Shown here: piece after piece, positions 1 to 10,859 of the stretch
Layout: every line of letters starts with the position of its first letter
How positions within the stretch are numbered: the first letter of the stretch is position 1
From: Paramoeba atlantica
Taxonomy: Eukaryota; Protista; Discosea
DNA: 64,000 bases
Direction of reading: 5' to 3'
Assembly (NCBI GenBank): GCA_977017575.1
Contig: CDRNVI010000024.1
Location: 62,001-126,000 of the forward strand
Program-made: the position numbers and the translations under genes
The notes under the pieces: generated by a model
Databases searched by the model: none
The model's input: only the letters and a program-made list of their open reading frames with translations
Told to the model about the DNA's origin: nothing

Positions 1-189
1 CTGTACGAAATGATGTTTCGTATGCCGATCAAACCCCTCAAGATGCACACGTGTTATGACGTGACCTGAGTGGTTTAGTAATGCATGGAAGAGATATGGG
101 TCATACCTTACTTCGTCTAACTCTGACACAAGATGCTCAACTTCGCTAGCCAAAGAGTCGGAATGCGAAGCGTTGTCGTCGAGTTTCAT
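1..189 (-). CDS. 5' part of a hypothetical protein, truncated by the window start (not in the ORF track)
   Basis: ATG at 189-187, with an AG 4-5 nt upstream, opens 63 stop-free codons (MKLDDNASHSDSLASEVEHLVSELDEVRYDPY...) to the window edge, on the same strand as all neighbours. Confidence 0.6.
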   Translation of the reverse strand, partial: MKLDDNASHSDSLASEVEHLVSELDEVRYDPYLFHALLNHSGHVITRVHLEGFDRHTKHHFVQ

Positions 190-467
190 TTTCTAGTTAA
201 AAGTTAAATTACCGAACGTACTGGGGAATAAACTCTGGATTAAAAAAATCTGACTTTTCTTAAGAGCTATGGTCACGAATTTGAATGTATTCACTATAAT
301 AGAATGCACCACGCATTATCGAATCAATTAAGAGACCAATATCATTAGAGACTCAACACTTTGTGTACCAAATATAAAAATCTTTTCTTTCAGACGTTTG
401 TCCACAAGCTAAAGGAACTCTACAAAGACGCAGGTAAGAATACTGTAGTACAAGTACAGATTAAGCG

Positions 468-1433
468 TCACATCTTTTTATCCTTTTCCGCAGCGACAAG
501 AGCCGATATTGTTGGATAATACGAAACTATCCAATCCAATCGAGAACTTGAAGTCTCAGAAGAATCCAAAGTACCAGAATCCTTGGTCGAATCAGAAGCT
601 AACCCTAGTCTTTCGTTTCGCATATTTCTCACCAACTTTACATATGCCTGCTTAATTTTATTTATTGACTGCCATTTGATTTCATGAATTTCACCAATGC
701 ATTGTGGATAAAAGAGTGCGATAGTCGATGAGTCCCAGGGCCCCACACCACCGAATAAGACAACAGGCGCCCGTCCCTGTCTACTGCTGCGTCGAACGAG
801 AGGTGACTTTGAAAGAAATCCCGACACGTCAGATCCAATCTCCTCCTTCGCCTCACGTAAGGCACATAAGTACTCTGTCTCCCCCGCTGCCCTCTTTCCC
901 TTCGGAAACACCCAAGGAGAGGACGCATGGGCGCATACGGTAAGAACATGAGTTTTGCTACGGTCCAGCAGAACAACTCCACATACCGTGATGGATTGGT
1001 TGTATTTCAAAAATTGAGATAATCCGTACGTTATGTGATCCGTCGATATCGTGGGCAACAATCCCAAAAGAGAGCGAGCGAAATACGGGAATGGAACCTG
1101 TGAGTGTAATGTTTCTACACTTGTACTACCTAACTGCGGAGGACACGATTTCTGAAGAGTTACCGATGTTTCGCCTGCACTAACATCAACTTCGCTTGAA
1201 GCTTCGTTGAAAGCGTCAGCGCTGCCATCACAGTAATAATAATATGCTTCCTGCACGTGGTAGAGCAAGCGTGGCCAAGAAGAACGATCTTCCACGGGTA
1301 CGTTCAACACGAACCGCACAAGCAAACTCAATAGAATGTTGTTTGAAATCTCATTTAAACCACTCACCCCTAGGTAGTCCGTGTCATGCTTGAAGTACAC
1401 AGGTTTCTGCGATCCATACCCAGGTAAGCTCAT
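468..1433 (-). CDS. DCP2: mRNA decapping enzyme Dcp2-like Nudix hydrolase
   Basis: Nudix box WVFPKGK..GETEYLCALREAKEEIG, VCGVVLLD strand and Box A-like LLYHVQEAYYYYCD; first ATG at 1433 (track start at 1460 is non-ATG). Confidence 0.75.
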   Translation of the reverse strand: MSLPGYGSQKPVYFKHDTDYLGVSGLNEISNNILLSLLVRFVLNVPVEDRSSWPRLLYHVQEAYYYYCDGSADAFNEASSEVDVSAGETSVTLQKSCPPQLGSTSVETLHSQVPFPYFARSLLGLLPTISTDHITYGLSQFLKYNQSITVCGVVLLDRSKTHVLTVCAHASSPWVFPKGKRAAGETEYLCALREAKEEIGSDVSGFLSKSPLVRRSSRQGRAPVVLFGGVGPWDSSTIALFYPQCIGEIHEIKWQSINKIKQAYVKLVRNMRNERLGLASDSTKDSGTLDSSETSSSRLDWIVSYYPTISALVAAEKDKKM

Positions 1434-1717
1434 TTCATAACAGCTGATCAAAAACCACAAGAAGTTTCATTCATTCATAAAGTTAAATGTAAAATTGAAC
1501 CATCTAATAACTAAAACAATGTTGTAGTAAAAATAGTTTCCTAGTAGTAGAAGTATGTATCCACCGTTCACGGGAAATGATCTTTCAAGTTTTGGAAGAT
1601 GATACAGTAATTTTCTGAAGACTATCCAAGGAAATGTATATCCAAGGAAAATTTGTCATGTCAAGAAATTCGTTGCCAAAATAATCTTGGCCCAAACTGT
1701 CTTGGGCTGTACAGGAA

Positions 1718-4159
1718 TCAAACACCAATGACATTAGAAAACGTTGATGCTTCGTGCGTCTTTCCATAATCGCGAAATAAACCAGGAGGATGTGCATATC
1801 TCCGAAGTCTTCCATCTACGTGCGGATCCGGATCGCTTCCGTACTTTTTATTGAGTGCCAAAGATTCAGAACGAGAAAGTTTTCTTTTTGTTACAGGACA
1901 ATACCCATGTGAACGATGAACAGAAACATACTGATCCCACTGTTTTCCTTGCAAGGTAGTGCCAGAAAATTTTGCATATGCTTGTTGCTGTTTTTGTGTC
2001 ATTTCTCGAAGTTTAACTTTTCTGTCAGGTGAATGTTGCTTCAATACAGCATCGATTTCCTTCTTTTCTATACCTTGCCTATAACAAGCATTGATTGTTT
2101 TAACGTCTCTCCATCCCAAAGTTTTAACGTCTGTGCCTGCAAGATAGTATCCTCGTATACTTCCGTCTAAATCTCCTTCGGCAATGGCACCCGAACCATG
2201 GCGTTTTGCTTGTACCTCACTTCTGACAAGCTTGTTCATGGATTGCATAAGCACTTCCCGTCGTTCTACTTTTTTCGGCTTCTTTCTCACCGAACCATCT
2301 TTCTCTTCTGACGCATTTTTCGGCAAAGGCGATGGAAACGGTACATGGGCGCTGGGGTCTTGTAAATCAGATGTTGAAGATGTAATGTCTTTTGAGGAGT
2401 TATTACTCCCTCCGAATCCTGCGCGTACTTTACCATAGGGGGTATCTATGGTCATTTTCACCGAACAATTCTTCTCTGGTGAAGCGATTTCTCGACTTCC
2501 TGAGTGATCATCCCGAGTTCCCATTCTCGCCTCCCTGAAAAGATCAAGGTTCTTCATCTGTTCGTCACTATGATTGTGGCAATTGGGTACAACCAAATCA
2601 CTTGTCAGCACATCAGATTTTCTACTTGAATCCTCTACAAAGGCTTTGCATGATAAATCATTGCCTATGTTTCTATCCTTGTGAGGCACAGTTTTGCACG
2701 CCAGAACACACTCTTCATCCGAATTTAGGGATAGATGTGAAGAGGATTTCATAAGATCTGAACCAGATTTTATGAAAAAAGGTTCCTTTTGTACCCTCCG
2801 ATCCGGGTCAGTGACTGAGAGAGGCGAGGCGTTTGAGTTCTGAATCCCCGATTTTGCTCTACTGGCTCTCTCAGAATAAGCCAGCCAACGCATTCGTTTT
2901 CCCTGTATCATTCCCGAGGTTTCAACAATGAGTCTTCGTAAAAAATCAATTCCATGGTGACGTTCAGGATCCCATCCTCGACTGCTGGTCGGTATAATAA
3001 GAGGATATGCGCGGTAAGAATTCTTTTTAGCAGTAATCATAACATAGAAATCATGAATTCGCTTGCACAAAAGACTGTGTCCGACTGTGTCACACTTTGT
3101 AAGCACCACAAAACAGCGTCCGTGGCTGTTATTTATCATAGTGAAGTATTTTTCATCAGTAGAATTCCATTCTACGCTGGCATCTTTGCAGAAAATTACA
3201 GTGTTCAGCGATCTTCGTGTCCCAAGATAATTTTGGTTACACTGAAGTGCGTGCTCTGACCAAGTCGGCTTCATTCCTTGTAGACCCCAGCCCGGCAGAT
3301 CTACAAAAGTAAACTGTAAACCACCTCCTGGCAGCTTTACAAGCCGATTTGGATGTCGCATTTGAAAATTTTGCAAACTCGCGGAGTCCACAGATTGATA
3401 ATAGCTAATGTGTCTTGTCGATCCTGGAGTAGTGGAACTCTTACAAGCGCGAGGTTGGCTCAGTAGAGCATTGAGTAGTGAGCTCTTACCACTGTTAGCT
3501 CTTCCTGTGAATGCGATCTCCAGATAGAGATCATTAATCTCGAAATGATAGTCGAACATTGTACTTTGATGCACAAGCTGATACTGGGGCTCTACTATCA
3601 TTTTGTGTGCAATCTGAGCGCTTTCTTCAGTGAGTACGCCAAATGATACCGGTGGGGGTGGGACCAGTCTACCATTGTAAGTGTAGTCTTGAGGTCTGGG
3701 ATGAGTGATATCATACAGAATCTGCATCCGTCGCGACCTCTGCAGAGCGGCTTCGTCCTGTATACCTGCCTGTACCTCCGCTTTCAGAACGTTAAGTGGA
3801 GTTAGGGCGCACGTCAGTGCTTCCGAGTCCTTCAGGGGCCCTATAGAAGTGTCACTACGAGGATCTAACACCGCGTTTTCCATTAGAGGTGTTTCTACCA
3901 CCATCTCATGTTCTGTAGACGTGCGTTGCTGTGTAATTGTTCTCGATGTTGTGGAGGGTATATCGGAATTCAAAGCGTCGCTCATTGTGGAATCCTCCGC
4001 ACCGAAATGCCTTTTTAGGGCATCTGCTGTTGGAGATATACTGGACGTAATAGCGTTTTCATGTTGAAAACGTTTGCCAAATAATACCAGATGCGACTTC
4101 CACGGTCGTCGTATCGTATCTATGAACTTTGAAACCTGATGTACGAATACTTTGGACAT
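1718..4159 (-). CDS. EngB/YihA-type GTP-binding protein with long extensions
   Basis: G1 GRANSGKSSLLN, G2 PGSTR, G3 DLPGWG, G4 TKCD; first ATG at 4159. Confidence 0.85.
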   Translation of the reverse strand: MSKVFVHQVSKFIDTIRRPWKSHLVLFGKRFQHENAITSSISPTADALKRHFGAEDSTMSDALNSDIPSTTSRTITQQRTSTEHEMVVETPLMENAVLDPRSDTSIGPLKDSEALTCALTPLNVLKAEVQAGIQDEAALQRSRRMQILYDITHPRPQDYTYNGRLVPPPPVSFGVLTEESAQIAHKMIVEPQYQLVHQSTMFDYHFEINDLYLEIAFTGRANSGKSSLLNALLSQPRACKSSTTPGSTRHISYYQSVDSASLQNFQMRHPNRLVKLPGGGLQFTFVDLPGWGLQGMKPTWSEHALQCNQNYLGTRRSLNTVIFCKDASVEWNSTDEKYFTMINNSHGRCFVVLTKCDTVGHSLLCKRIHDFYVMITAKKNSYRAYPLIIPTSSRGWDPERHHGIDFLRRLIVETSGMIQGKRMRWLAYSERASRAKSGIQNSNASPLSVTDPDRRVQKEPFFIKSGSDLMKSSSHLSLNSDEECVLACKTVPHKDRNIGNDLSCKAFVEDSSRKSDVLTSDLVVPNCHNHSDEQMKNLDLFREARMGTRDDHSGSREIASPEKNCSVKMTIDTPYGKVRAGFGGSNNSSKDITSSTSDLQDPSAHVPFPSPLPKNASEEKDGSVRKKPKKVERREVLMQSMNKLVRSEVQAKRHGSGAIAEGDLDGSIRGYYLAGTDVKTLGWRDVKTINACYRQGIEKKEIDAVLKQHSPDRKVKLREMTQKQQQAYAKFSGTTLQGKQWDQYVSVHRSHGYCPVTKRKLSRSESLALNKKYGSDPDPHVDGRLRRYAHPPGLFRDYGKTHEASTFSNVIGV

Positions 4160-4358
4160 TAAAAGTTTTCTCACAATTCGTTTATTCGAAATTTGACGCT
4201 TCAAGGTTCAAAAATGATGAAGCCCATGAAAATTGCATAGTAGAGAAACGAATTCTTGCCTCAGACGAAAACTAGTCATTCCCCATACTAAATAATTGTA
4301 CTTTATATGTAAATTTACACTCAGTATAATTCGGAAGTAATAGTTGCATACTTGCATA

Positions 4359-4434
4359 CACCTCCGCTAATTAATTATAAAAAATTATAAAAGTCGAAAA
4401 ATCACCCGTTTAAAAAAATATATTAGCGGGGGTG
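4359..4434. mobile_element. 76-bp TA-flanked miniature inverted-repeat element
   Basis: TA|CACCTCCGCTAAT ... ATTAGCGGGGGTG|TA, 13-bp TIR with 1 mismatch, AT-rich core. Confidence 0.5.
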
Positions 4435-4789
4435 TAGTTGTATATAATACTACCTGTCGTTGTACCTACAGGACAGATAGTTGACCTGCAGTTGTACCTA
4501 TCGATAGATGATGTATCTCCTCATGCGAAATCCTCCTGGGCGAACTGGAGGGAATGCGAGCGATCATGAAGCATATCGTTTTACGTTTGATGGAGGAGCA
4601 TGCCATTTTTCGAGCCGACCTGTCTGAGAAGGCGAAAGAGGAAACATGCCATCGATTCAAGTACGGTTTTGGATGGACGAAATGCAAATTTGGCGAAGCG
4701 CAATGTCTTTCCCCCAAAAAGACCCCCCGAACCGGCGGCAGTATAAAGGGAAAGCGATAGTATTCAAATTCAGAATCCGAATACAATAA

Positions 4790-5320
4790 CTACGCCGATG
4801 TCATATCATGTGTCAACGAAAGACGAAGAACAGAACGGATGAGAGAATCTTGGTACACCCGGCGAAGTTTTTGTCCGTCTCTAAATGATATTCGAGCAGA
4901 AGGAATAAGCACTTTGTGACCGTCACCGTCATCAGTCATTATCATAAGGTCTTCACTGCGCCTAACGTCTTCATCAATGACCAGAAGTCCTACTCCGCCT
5001 GCTTTCTGAACTACTTGCGCTTTGGTAACAAATGTACATTCCCCTCGGAAAACTACAACTATCTTACCGCTATACGTATTGTTTTCGTGCGATCTCTCGA
5101 TTAGTGAGTCACACCCACACCTTGGAGAAGAAAATATAATCGGATAACTTCCGGTGTATCTTCCTGCAGTATAATATGGGCATCCGAAAGTGGCCGGTGC
5201 AAAACCAAGTCGGCGTCTTAATGACGGAGGGTAGGTAATACTTACTGCACAGACCAAACTGCCATGATAGTTCGAACAAAGCAGGAAGAATAGAGGCAGA
5301 TATGGCAAGCTACGTAGCAT
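4790..5320 (-). CDS. Secreted protease-associated (PA) domain protein
   Basis: Signal peptide; PA motif KIVVVFRGECTFVTKAQVVQKAGGVGLLV and IPSARIS. Confidence 0.85.
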   Translation of the reverse strand: MLRSLPYLPLFFLLCSNYHGSLVCAVSITYPPSLRRRLGFAPATFGCPYYTAGRYTGSYPIIFSSPRCGCDSLIERSHENNTYSGKIVVVFRGECTFVTKAQVVQKAGGVGLLVIDEDVRRSEDLMIMTDDGDGHKVLIPSARISFRDGQKLRRVYQDSLIRSVLRLSLTHDMTSA

Positions 5321-5489
5321 GACATAAAACCAACAACATGCAAATACAAAAACAGTAAATTATTACTCAAAAATTATTTTACAAGATGAAACACATTATG
5401 CTTACTTATAATTTACAAGGTACAAAAGCAACCTGCGAAACTGTGAGTAATGCCACAGACTATACTAAAGCTTTACTTGAGGGGAATTA

Positions 5490-6153
5490 CCGTATACCCC
5501 CCCAGTAAGAGAATGGGTTTTGGGTCAAAATGGCCAAATCTCTCTTACTAGGGGGGTATACCTTTTTGGCCAGTTTTGTCCTTTCTTCCTTCCTTTTTAG
5601 ACATTTTTTTCGGTGAAAGGGGACTTTTTCCCCCCGAAAAAAAAACTTAAATTCTTTCATGGTGGTTTCTCAAAAAAAATTTCAGTATTATCCAAGCGAG
5701 TGATTAAACATCGTATTTTTGCTACTTACACGACTCCGCTCTATCATTTTTCTGTGCACAGGCTGTAAAATGTATGACAGTACCACTTTTTGTAGTTGGG
5801 AACCTTGGATGACGTGATGATAGAAGCCTGTACCGTACGATGTGAATTGAGGAGTTCTTGTAATCCGCTGTTTAAGGAATTTGAAATTATTGTCCAGGCT
5901 CAGAACCGGAACCAAGGTAGAGCTCATAAATTTTCTTTTTTGGTACATTTTATCAAGGGAAGTACGAAGTTAAAAGTTTTTGGGGGAAAAAAGTCCTTTT
6001 GACCAATTTTTCTATTTTTGCTTCTGAAAACGTGATAAAACGCTTATTTGGATTACCCCCGAGCCCCCCGACATGCGGACACTCACCCCCTACCCCCTAT
6101 ACGCTTCCTGCGGGGCCCTCGATCCAAATCTCTCTTACTGGGGGGGTATACGG
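5490..6153. mobile_element. Non-autonomous Tc1/mariner-type (Tc2/pogo-like) MITE, 664 bp
   Basis: Perfect 23-bp TIR CCGTATACCCCCCCAGTAAGAGA (5490-5512 / 6131-6153), TA on both sides; extra internal right-end copy at 5534-5561. Confidence 0.75.
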
Positions 6154-6193
6154 TATATTGAGAATGGTAAGAAGAACCCGAGCAGTAGACATA

Positions 6194-6939
6194 CTCCCCT
6201 GTCCAGCTTCATTTACCCCCCCCCCCCTACAGGTCTTGTATTTTGTTTGATTTTGGAAATATTTAGCATGGGACTGTTTTTCGACCCAATCGTCTTGAAT
6301 CCGCTGTCCTTTTCACTCGAGCGATCCTTTTTCCTCCGAGGCCTTAAAATTTTTGTCGAAAAACCCGATTTTGTTTTGCCTACCCTAAAAAATTCATTAT
6401 TTTCAGTTTTTTCCTTAATGGCCAAGAGATAACTGGCTTCCTCTTCTCCCAAATCAGCGTAATCCACCGGAAAGTCGAACCCTGATCATAGCACGGTAGG
6501 AACTATAATCCTTGCGCGCTTTAGATAGAAAGAATAGACACGAAATACGAGACGCTATGTTTCAAACATCCGACCTTTTAACAGGAGAACATGTTGAATC
6601 CATTCAAAAACTGTCGCAAACGACTTCAGTTTGTGATAGAAAAGAAAAGTTGCCATATTGGATATTGAATACATATCTAGCTTCATTTTTGTGTTATCCA
6701 AGCACGATTTATACTTTTAAAAGCATAAAAAATTTCCCAAGAATATGAAAAAAATTAGAAAAAAAAGTGTACCCCCTCAAAAATTGTCATGTCATTTTAG
6801 TAATTTGTTTTTTCCAATCATGAAAAGGACGGCGGATTCGAGACGATTGGGTCGAAAAACAGTCGCACGCTAAATATTTCCAAAATCGAAGAAACTATAG
6901 GACCTGTAGGGGGGGGGTAAATGAAGATGGACAGGGGTG
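6194..6939. mobile_element. Long-TIR MITE, 746 bp, TA TSD
   Basis: About 120-bp imperfect TIRs (6194-6315 / 6821-6939, about 11 mismatches plus C12 vs G9 run); TA at 6192-93 and 6940-41. Confidence 0.8.
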
Positions 6940-6951
6940 TAAAAAGAATAA

Positions 6952-9225
6952 CTAGAGTTGCTGCATTCGATTAATAGTACTCTCTGAGTGCATAACAAAT
7001 CGCTTTTGTACCTCTTTTACATCCGCTAAAACTCCCGATACAAGGCGCCGGGTAAATAGTTGAGTACGATCATTCTCACTCACATCTTCCAGAGGCCTGT
7101 ATCTCGAAGCACACCACGCCTCGTGCTGCGCTTCAACATGACTCACTATATTATAGAGCCTAGTGACTACTAAGCTGGTTGTCTGGGTAGGTGGAAGAGT
7201 TAAAAATAAAAGGGTACCTGTGAAATGTGAAAGAAGTCCGAGCTCAGTCGTCAGGCGTCCTAGAGATTCATACCACATATTGAACTGAGAAGAATGACCA
7301 TGTGAGGAGTGTAGTGTATGCTTTTCCCCATTTTCTACATCTCTGAGGGCTGCATGAATCCATTCGTCCCATGTCGCACTAAACAAAACAGAATCCGATG
7401 AATGATACTCACCCCTTTCATCTCCTTTGCCCTCGGTGACGATACTGTCTAAAAAGGAAGGGGCACACATAGGGAACATACCCCCGTCGCGACTTGCAAT
7501 AATTCGCAACACAGAGCAAGAGGTGAAGCACATGGAACTAAATGGGAGAGGAGGCGACTTCAACGCGCCTTGCATTGGGACACGTGCGCTCCGTGACGCA
7601 TGGGTGAAACTTGGCAGGGTATCCTTTGAAGATGATGCAGGAGCAACAGTGTGTTTGTGGTAGTAAGCCTCTGCTTGCTCCCATGAAAGGACAGCAGCAG
7701 CAGCTAATATAATGCAGTCATAAACAGCTTTGCGTACTCGATTTATCCAAGATGAAAGATGGCAAAGCAACTGAACAGGTGCGCCACCAATCACCGATTC
7801 CTGCAATCTCGGGAGGGAAATGGAAGATAAAGAGCGAAAACCTGGATCCAGAAGGGCAACCAAAGAACTAGAAACAGTGTGGGTCGTGCGTGAAGCGGAA
7901 AATTCTTTTTCATTGGATTCTACTCTTCGTACTACAAGAAACTTCGAGTTTTTTGATTTGTTTCCCCTATTATTTCCTGCTAATAAAGGTTGTTCTGAAC
8001 AAATCTCCGAAAAAGAACCGGCATTATCAGCGCAATGCTGAAGTAGAGAAAATCCTTGACCCGAATCGATAGCTTTCTGTAAGGAATCTGTTAGGCTTTC
8101 TGCGGTTTGAGAAGCTGCAATACAAGTTGAATTTGATGGTATTTTCTGCTGAGGAAGAAGAAGATTTAAAGCACTAGATAAATTGGCAACGTCAACCTTC
8201 GAAAACATTGCTACATGAAAAGGATTATACCGGCTGTAAATACGCTTCTCAAACGAAAGCGACTTCGTGTGAAGAACGGTTGTTATCAGCAAAACTGAAG
8301 AGGAGGCATCTGCCATATGTGTAAGAATCCCGTACAAAATCTTTTGAGAAGCGGATAGACACAAGTCCATACGACTAAGACAAATCACTATCATCTCTCC
8401 GTTGATGAAAATTCTTTCGAGGATTGCAACAAGCCGACGTACAACAGAGTTAGTGCGCAACGTATGCGTATGACCTTTTTCAAAAAGATCATCACTGTGA
8501 CAGGAACTTTGTGACCGCGAATTAGTAGAACAATCGCTCAGTCCCCCAAAATCGTCATCTGAAAGGTCGGTCTCCTTAAATGCATTCAAGCCAAAATTTA
8601 TTTTCTTTCGGCAAACTTGTTTTCTGCGCTTGCGCAACTTAATGCGTAAAGAGGACTCGTTTAAAAATTCTGACGATTCGTGACCTTCCATGTGTTCAGG
8701 TGATATGGTTTCTACTTCACTAGATGAACAAAGTACGGAAGAAGGAGTTGTGCTTTCAGAGTCTGAACTATCACGCCAAATATTCGTCTCCGAGGAGGAC
8801 GAGTCAGAAAAGAAAGTTGAACCGAGCACTTTCAATAGATGCTGAAAAAATCTATGTGTGTAATCACGGACGCTGATGTTTCGGGGGTAGTCACTGTTGT
8901 CAAACTTCAAGAAGTAAGTCCGTTTCGGGCCCCAGTATCGCTTGTTAATATTGCCCTCATAAGAATGCGCGTATTTCGATATCTGGTCGCACCACACTTC
9001 GAGCTGCGCATTCTTGCCACTCCCATTGGGACCCCATAATTCTACTGTAAAAGAGGAACGCTCACGCCAATGATGATGTAGCATATGAGTCGCTGCATAC
9101 CTATCCATATTGCCTGTGCTCGCCAGATCAAGGCAATGTCGCAGCGTCTCAGATGACATGATGTGCAAAGCTCTGTCAGAACCTTCAAAGAAATATTCAA
9201 GTCGCCAAAGATTTGACGTTGTCAC
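6952..9225 (-). CDS. ORC4: Divergent origin recognition complex subunit 4
   Basis: Walker A GPNGSGK; QKILYGIL and FEKRIYSRYN resemble ORC4 QTLLYNLF / LEKRVKSRFS; degenerate Walker B (CLSRMD); first ATG 9159. Confidence 0.6.
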   Translation of the reverse strand: MTTSNLWRLEYFFEGSDRALHIMSSETLRHCLDLASTGNMDRYAATHMLHHHWRERSSFTVELWGPNGSGKNAQLEVWCDQISKYAHSYEGNINKRYWGPKRTYFLKFDNSDYPRNISVRDYTHRFFQHLLKVLGSTFFSDSSSSETNIWRDSSDSESTTPSSVLCSSSEVETISPEHMEGHESSEFLNESSLRIKLRKRRKQVCRKKINFGLNAFKETDLSDDDFGGLSDCSTNSRSQSSCHSDDLFEKGHTHTLRTNSVVRRLVAILERIFINGEMIVICLSRMDLCLSASQKILYGILTHMADASSSVLLITTVLHTKSLSFEKRIYSRYNPFHVAMFSKVDVANLSSALNLLLPQQKIPSNSTCIAASQTAESLTDSLQKAIDSGQGFSLLQHCADNAGSFSEICSEQPLLAGNNRGNKSKNSKFLVVRRVESNEKEFSASRTTHTVSSSLVALLDPGFRSLSSISLPRLQESVIGGAPVQLLCHLSSWINRVRKAVYDCIILAAAAVLSWEQAEAYYHKHTVAPASSSKDTLPSFTHASRSARVPMQGALKSPPLPFSSMCFTSCSVLRIIASRDGGMFPMCAPSFLDSIVTEGKGDERGEYHSSDSVLFSATWDEWIHAALRDVENGEKHTLHSSHGHSSQFNMWYESLGRLTTELGLLSHFTGTLLFLTLPPTQTTSLVVTRLYNIVSHVEAQHEAWCASRYRPLEDVSENDRTQLFTRRLVSGVLADVKEVQKRFVMHSESTINRMQQL

Positions 9226-9740
9226 TTGCTCAGCCTGGGTTGAGCCACACGGAAAGGTAAATACCAGAAAAAAAGATTTTTGCGCGCAGGACCATCTTAT
9301 TTCTACACTACTCGATTAAACGGTTAAATAATTGCGATATTTCATTACTCACGTAAGATACAATTGCAAGAAACTACTGATTCACTTTTTTTGGTAGATT
9401 TCCGCATTGCCATATTTGGCAACTTAATTCGTATGGGGAGTTACTTGGTACAAGGTCCTTTGTATAAAAAAAGATTAATCTATTAGTAAGTTTTAGCATT
9501 GGTAATGAGTATAAGAATCAAAAAGCTCTTGCCTTCCTGCTTTACATAGGATATTTACCTTATCAATATATGATTCGAAACAAGTCCTGGCGCCCATTCC
9601 TGTCTTTCACCTTCAATCTTCTCTGTTCATTTCACGTGTTTTATGTTCCACTTGAATAACTTCAACTCCGCCAAGCGACAGCATCCTAAGGGATAAAAAA
9701 TAATGCTTTCTTTCGGCTCATCTTTCAAAGATCATCTGCC

Positions 9741-10859
9741 TTAAAACTTTCCACGAAAGCCACCACCTCCGCGTCCGCCGCGGCCCCCGCCTCTCCCCCC
9801 ACGGAAGTTGCCCCCGCGGCCACCACCTCGGCTGAACTGACCTCCTCGGTTGCCACCTCCTCCCCCGAAGCTGTTACGCTGCTGCTGGAAACCCCCACCG
9901 CTGTGTCGACCTCCCTGCTGGGGGGTGTGACCCCCTGGCTTGAAGTGACCCCCGCTGCCATGCTGGCGTCCCCCGCTACCTTGCTGGCCGGGGGAAAACG
10001 GCCTATTCTGCGGCGTTCCACCATGGGAGGGACGGTTAGGAAACTCCTGGCGTTGGCCACCTTGGGGCTTGTTCGACTTCTCCCCGTGCTTTGCGGAAGG
10101 GTCGAACTTGGGTTTCTTCACCGGAACCTCGTCCTCTTCGTCGTCCTCCTCTTCGTCGTCCTCATCCTCCTCTTCGTCGTCATCTTCTTCGTCCTCCTCT
10201 CCTTCCCCCATGTTCTCTTCCTCCTCCTCGTCGTCTTCCTCCTCCTCGCTGTCATCATCCATGTCCATGTCTTCTTCCATCATCTCGTCTTCCTCATCGT
10301 CCGACTCTTCGTCGTCTTCATCATCTTCATCGAGCTTAGGGGCAGCTTTCGAGGCCAGCGCGGGCGAGGCAGAAGAAGGCTTCACGGCCGCAGGGGGAGC
10401 GGAGGGTGAGGTTTTCACAGGCACCGTCTTAATCCCCACTTTATCCACAACAGTCTTTGAGACTTTAACCGCTTCCAGAGCCTTTTTCGCTGGCACCTCC
10501 TCCAGACTCTCGTCGTCTTCGTCGTCCTCGAGGTCGTCCATATCATCCATGTCGTCCATTTCATAATATCCGGTGAGATGGATTTTGAGTTTGTCCCCTT
10601 TGGCTGTGAATTTCACTTCCTGGTCGGGCATGAAATTGAGGTCAAGGGCCATTTGGAAGTTGCCATGCTTCGAGCAGAGCGTCCCTAGGGCGAATTGTTT
10701 GCCTTGGACGGTGATGTAGAGCGTAACATTCCCGGACTTTTCAGAATCACCCGCCAATGCCGCCTGACTCACGTGGAGGAATCCGATCTTGGGGGTTGTT
10801 TTGAACTCTACTCCGGGTTCTACCTGAGCGCCGAAAAAGCAGTTGAGTTCGTCTTCCAT
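9741..10859 (-). CDS. Nucleoplasmin-like domain protein with acidic tract and C-terminal RGG repeats (nucleolar histone chaperone type)
   Basis: N-terminal NPL fold (FFGAQV, LHVSQAAL, IHLTGY), poly-D/E tract, RGG tail. Confidence 0.8.
   Translation of the reverse strand: MEDELNCFFGAQVEPGVEFKTTPKIGFLHVSQAALAGDSEKSGNVTLYITVQGKQFALGTLCSKHGNFQMALDLNFMPDQEVKFTAKGDKLKIHLTGYYEMDDMDDMDDLEDDEDDESLEEVPAKKALEAVKVSKTVVDKVGIKTVPVKTSPSAPPAAVKPSSASPALASKAAPKLDEDDEDDEESDDEEDEMMEEDMDMDDDSEEEEDDEEEEENMGEGEEDEEDDDEEEDEDDEEEDDEEDEVPVKKPKFDPSAKHGEKSNKPQGGQRQEFPNRPSHGGTPQNRPFSPGQQGSGGRQHGSGGHFKPGGHTPQQGGRHSGGGFQQQRNSFGGGGGNRGGQFSRGGGRGGNFRGGRGGGRGGRGGGGFRGKF

Noticed and set aside
4554-4760. Short + strand ORF with a CCCH-like Cys pattern
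   Set aside because: Spacing imperfect, terminal His missing, antisense to the cluster
9725-10566. Overlapping long ORFs antisense or alternate to the nucleoplasmin gene
   Set aside because: Shadow ORFs from GC-rich low-complexity sequence
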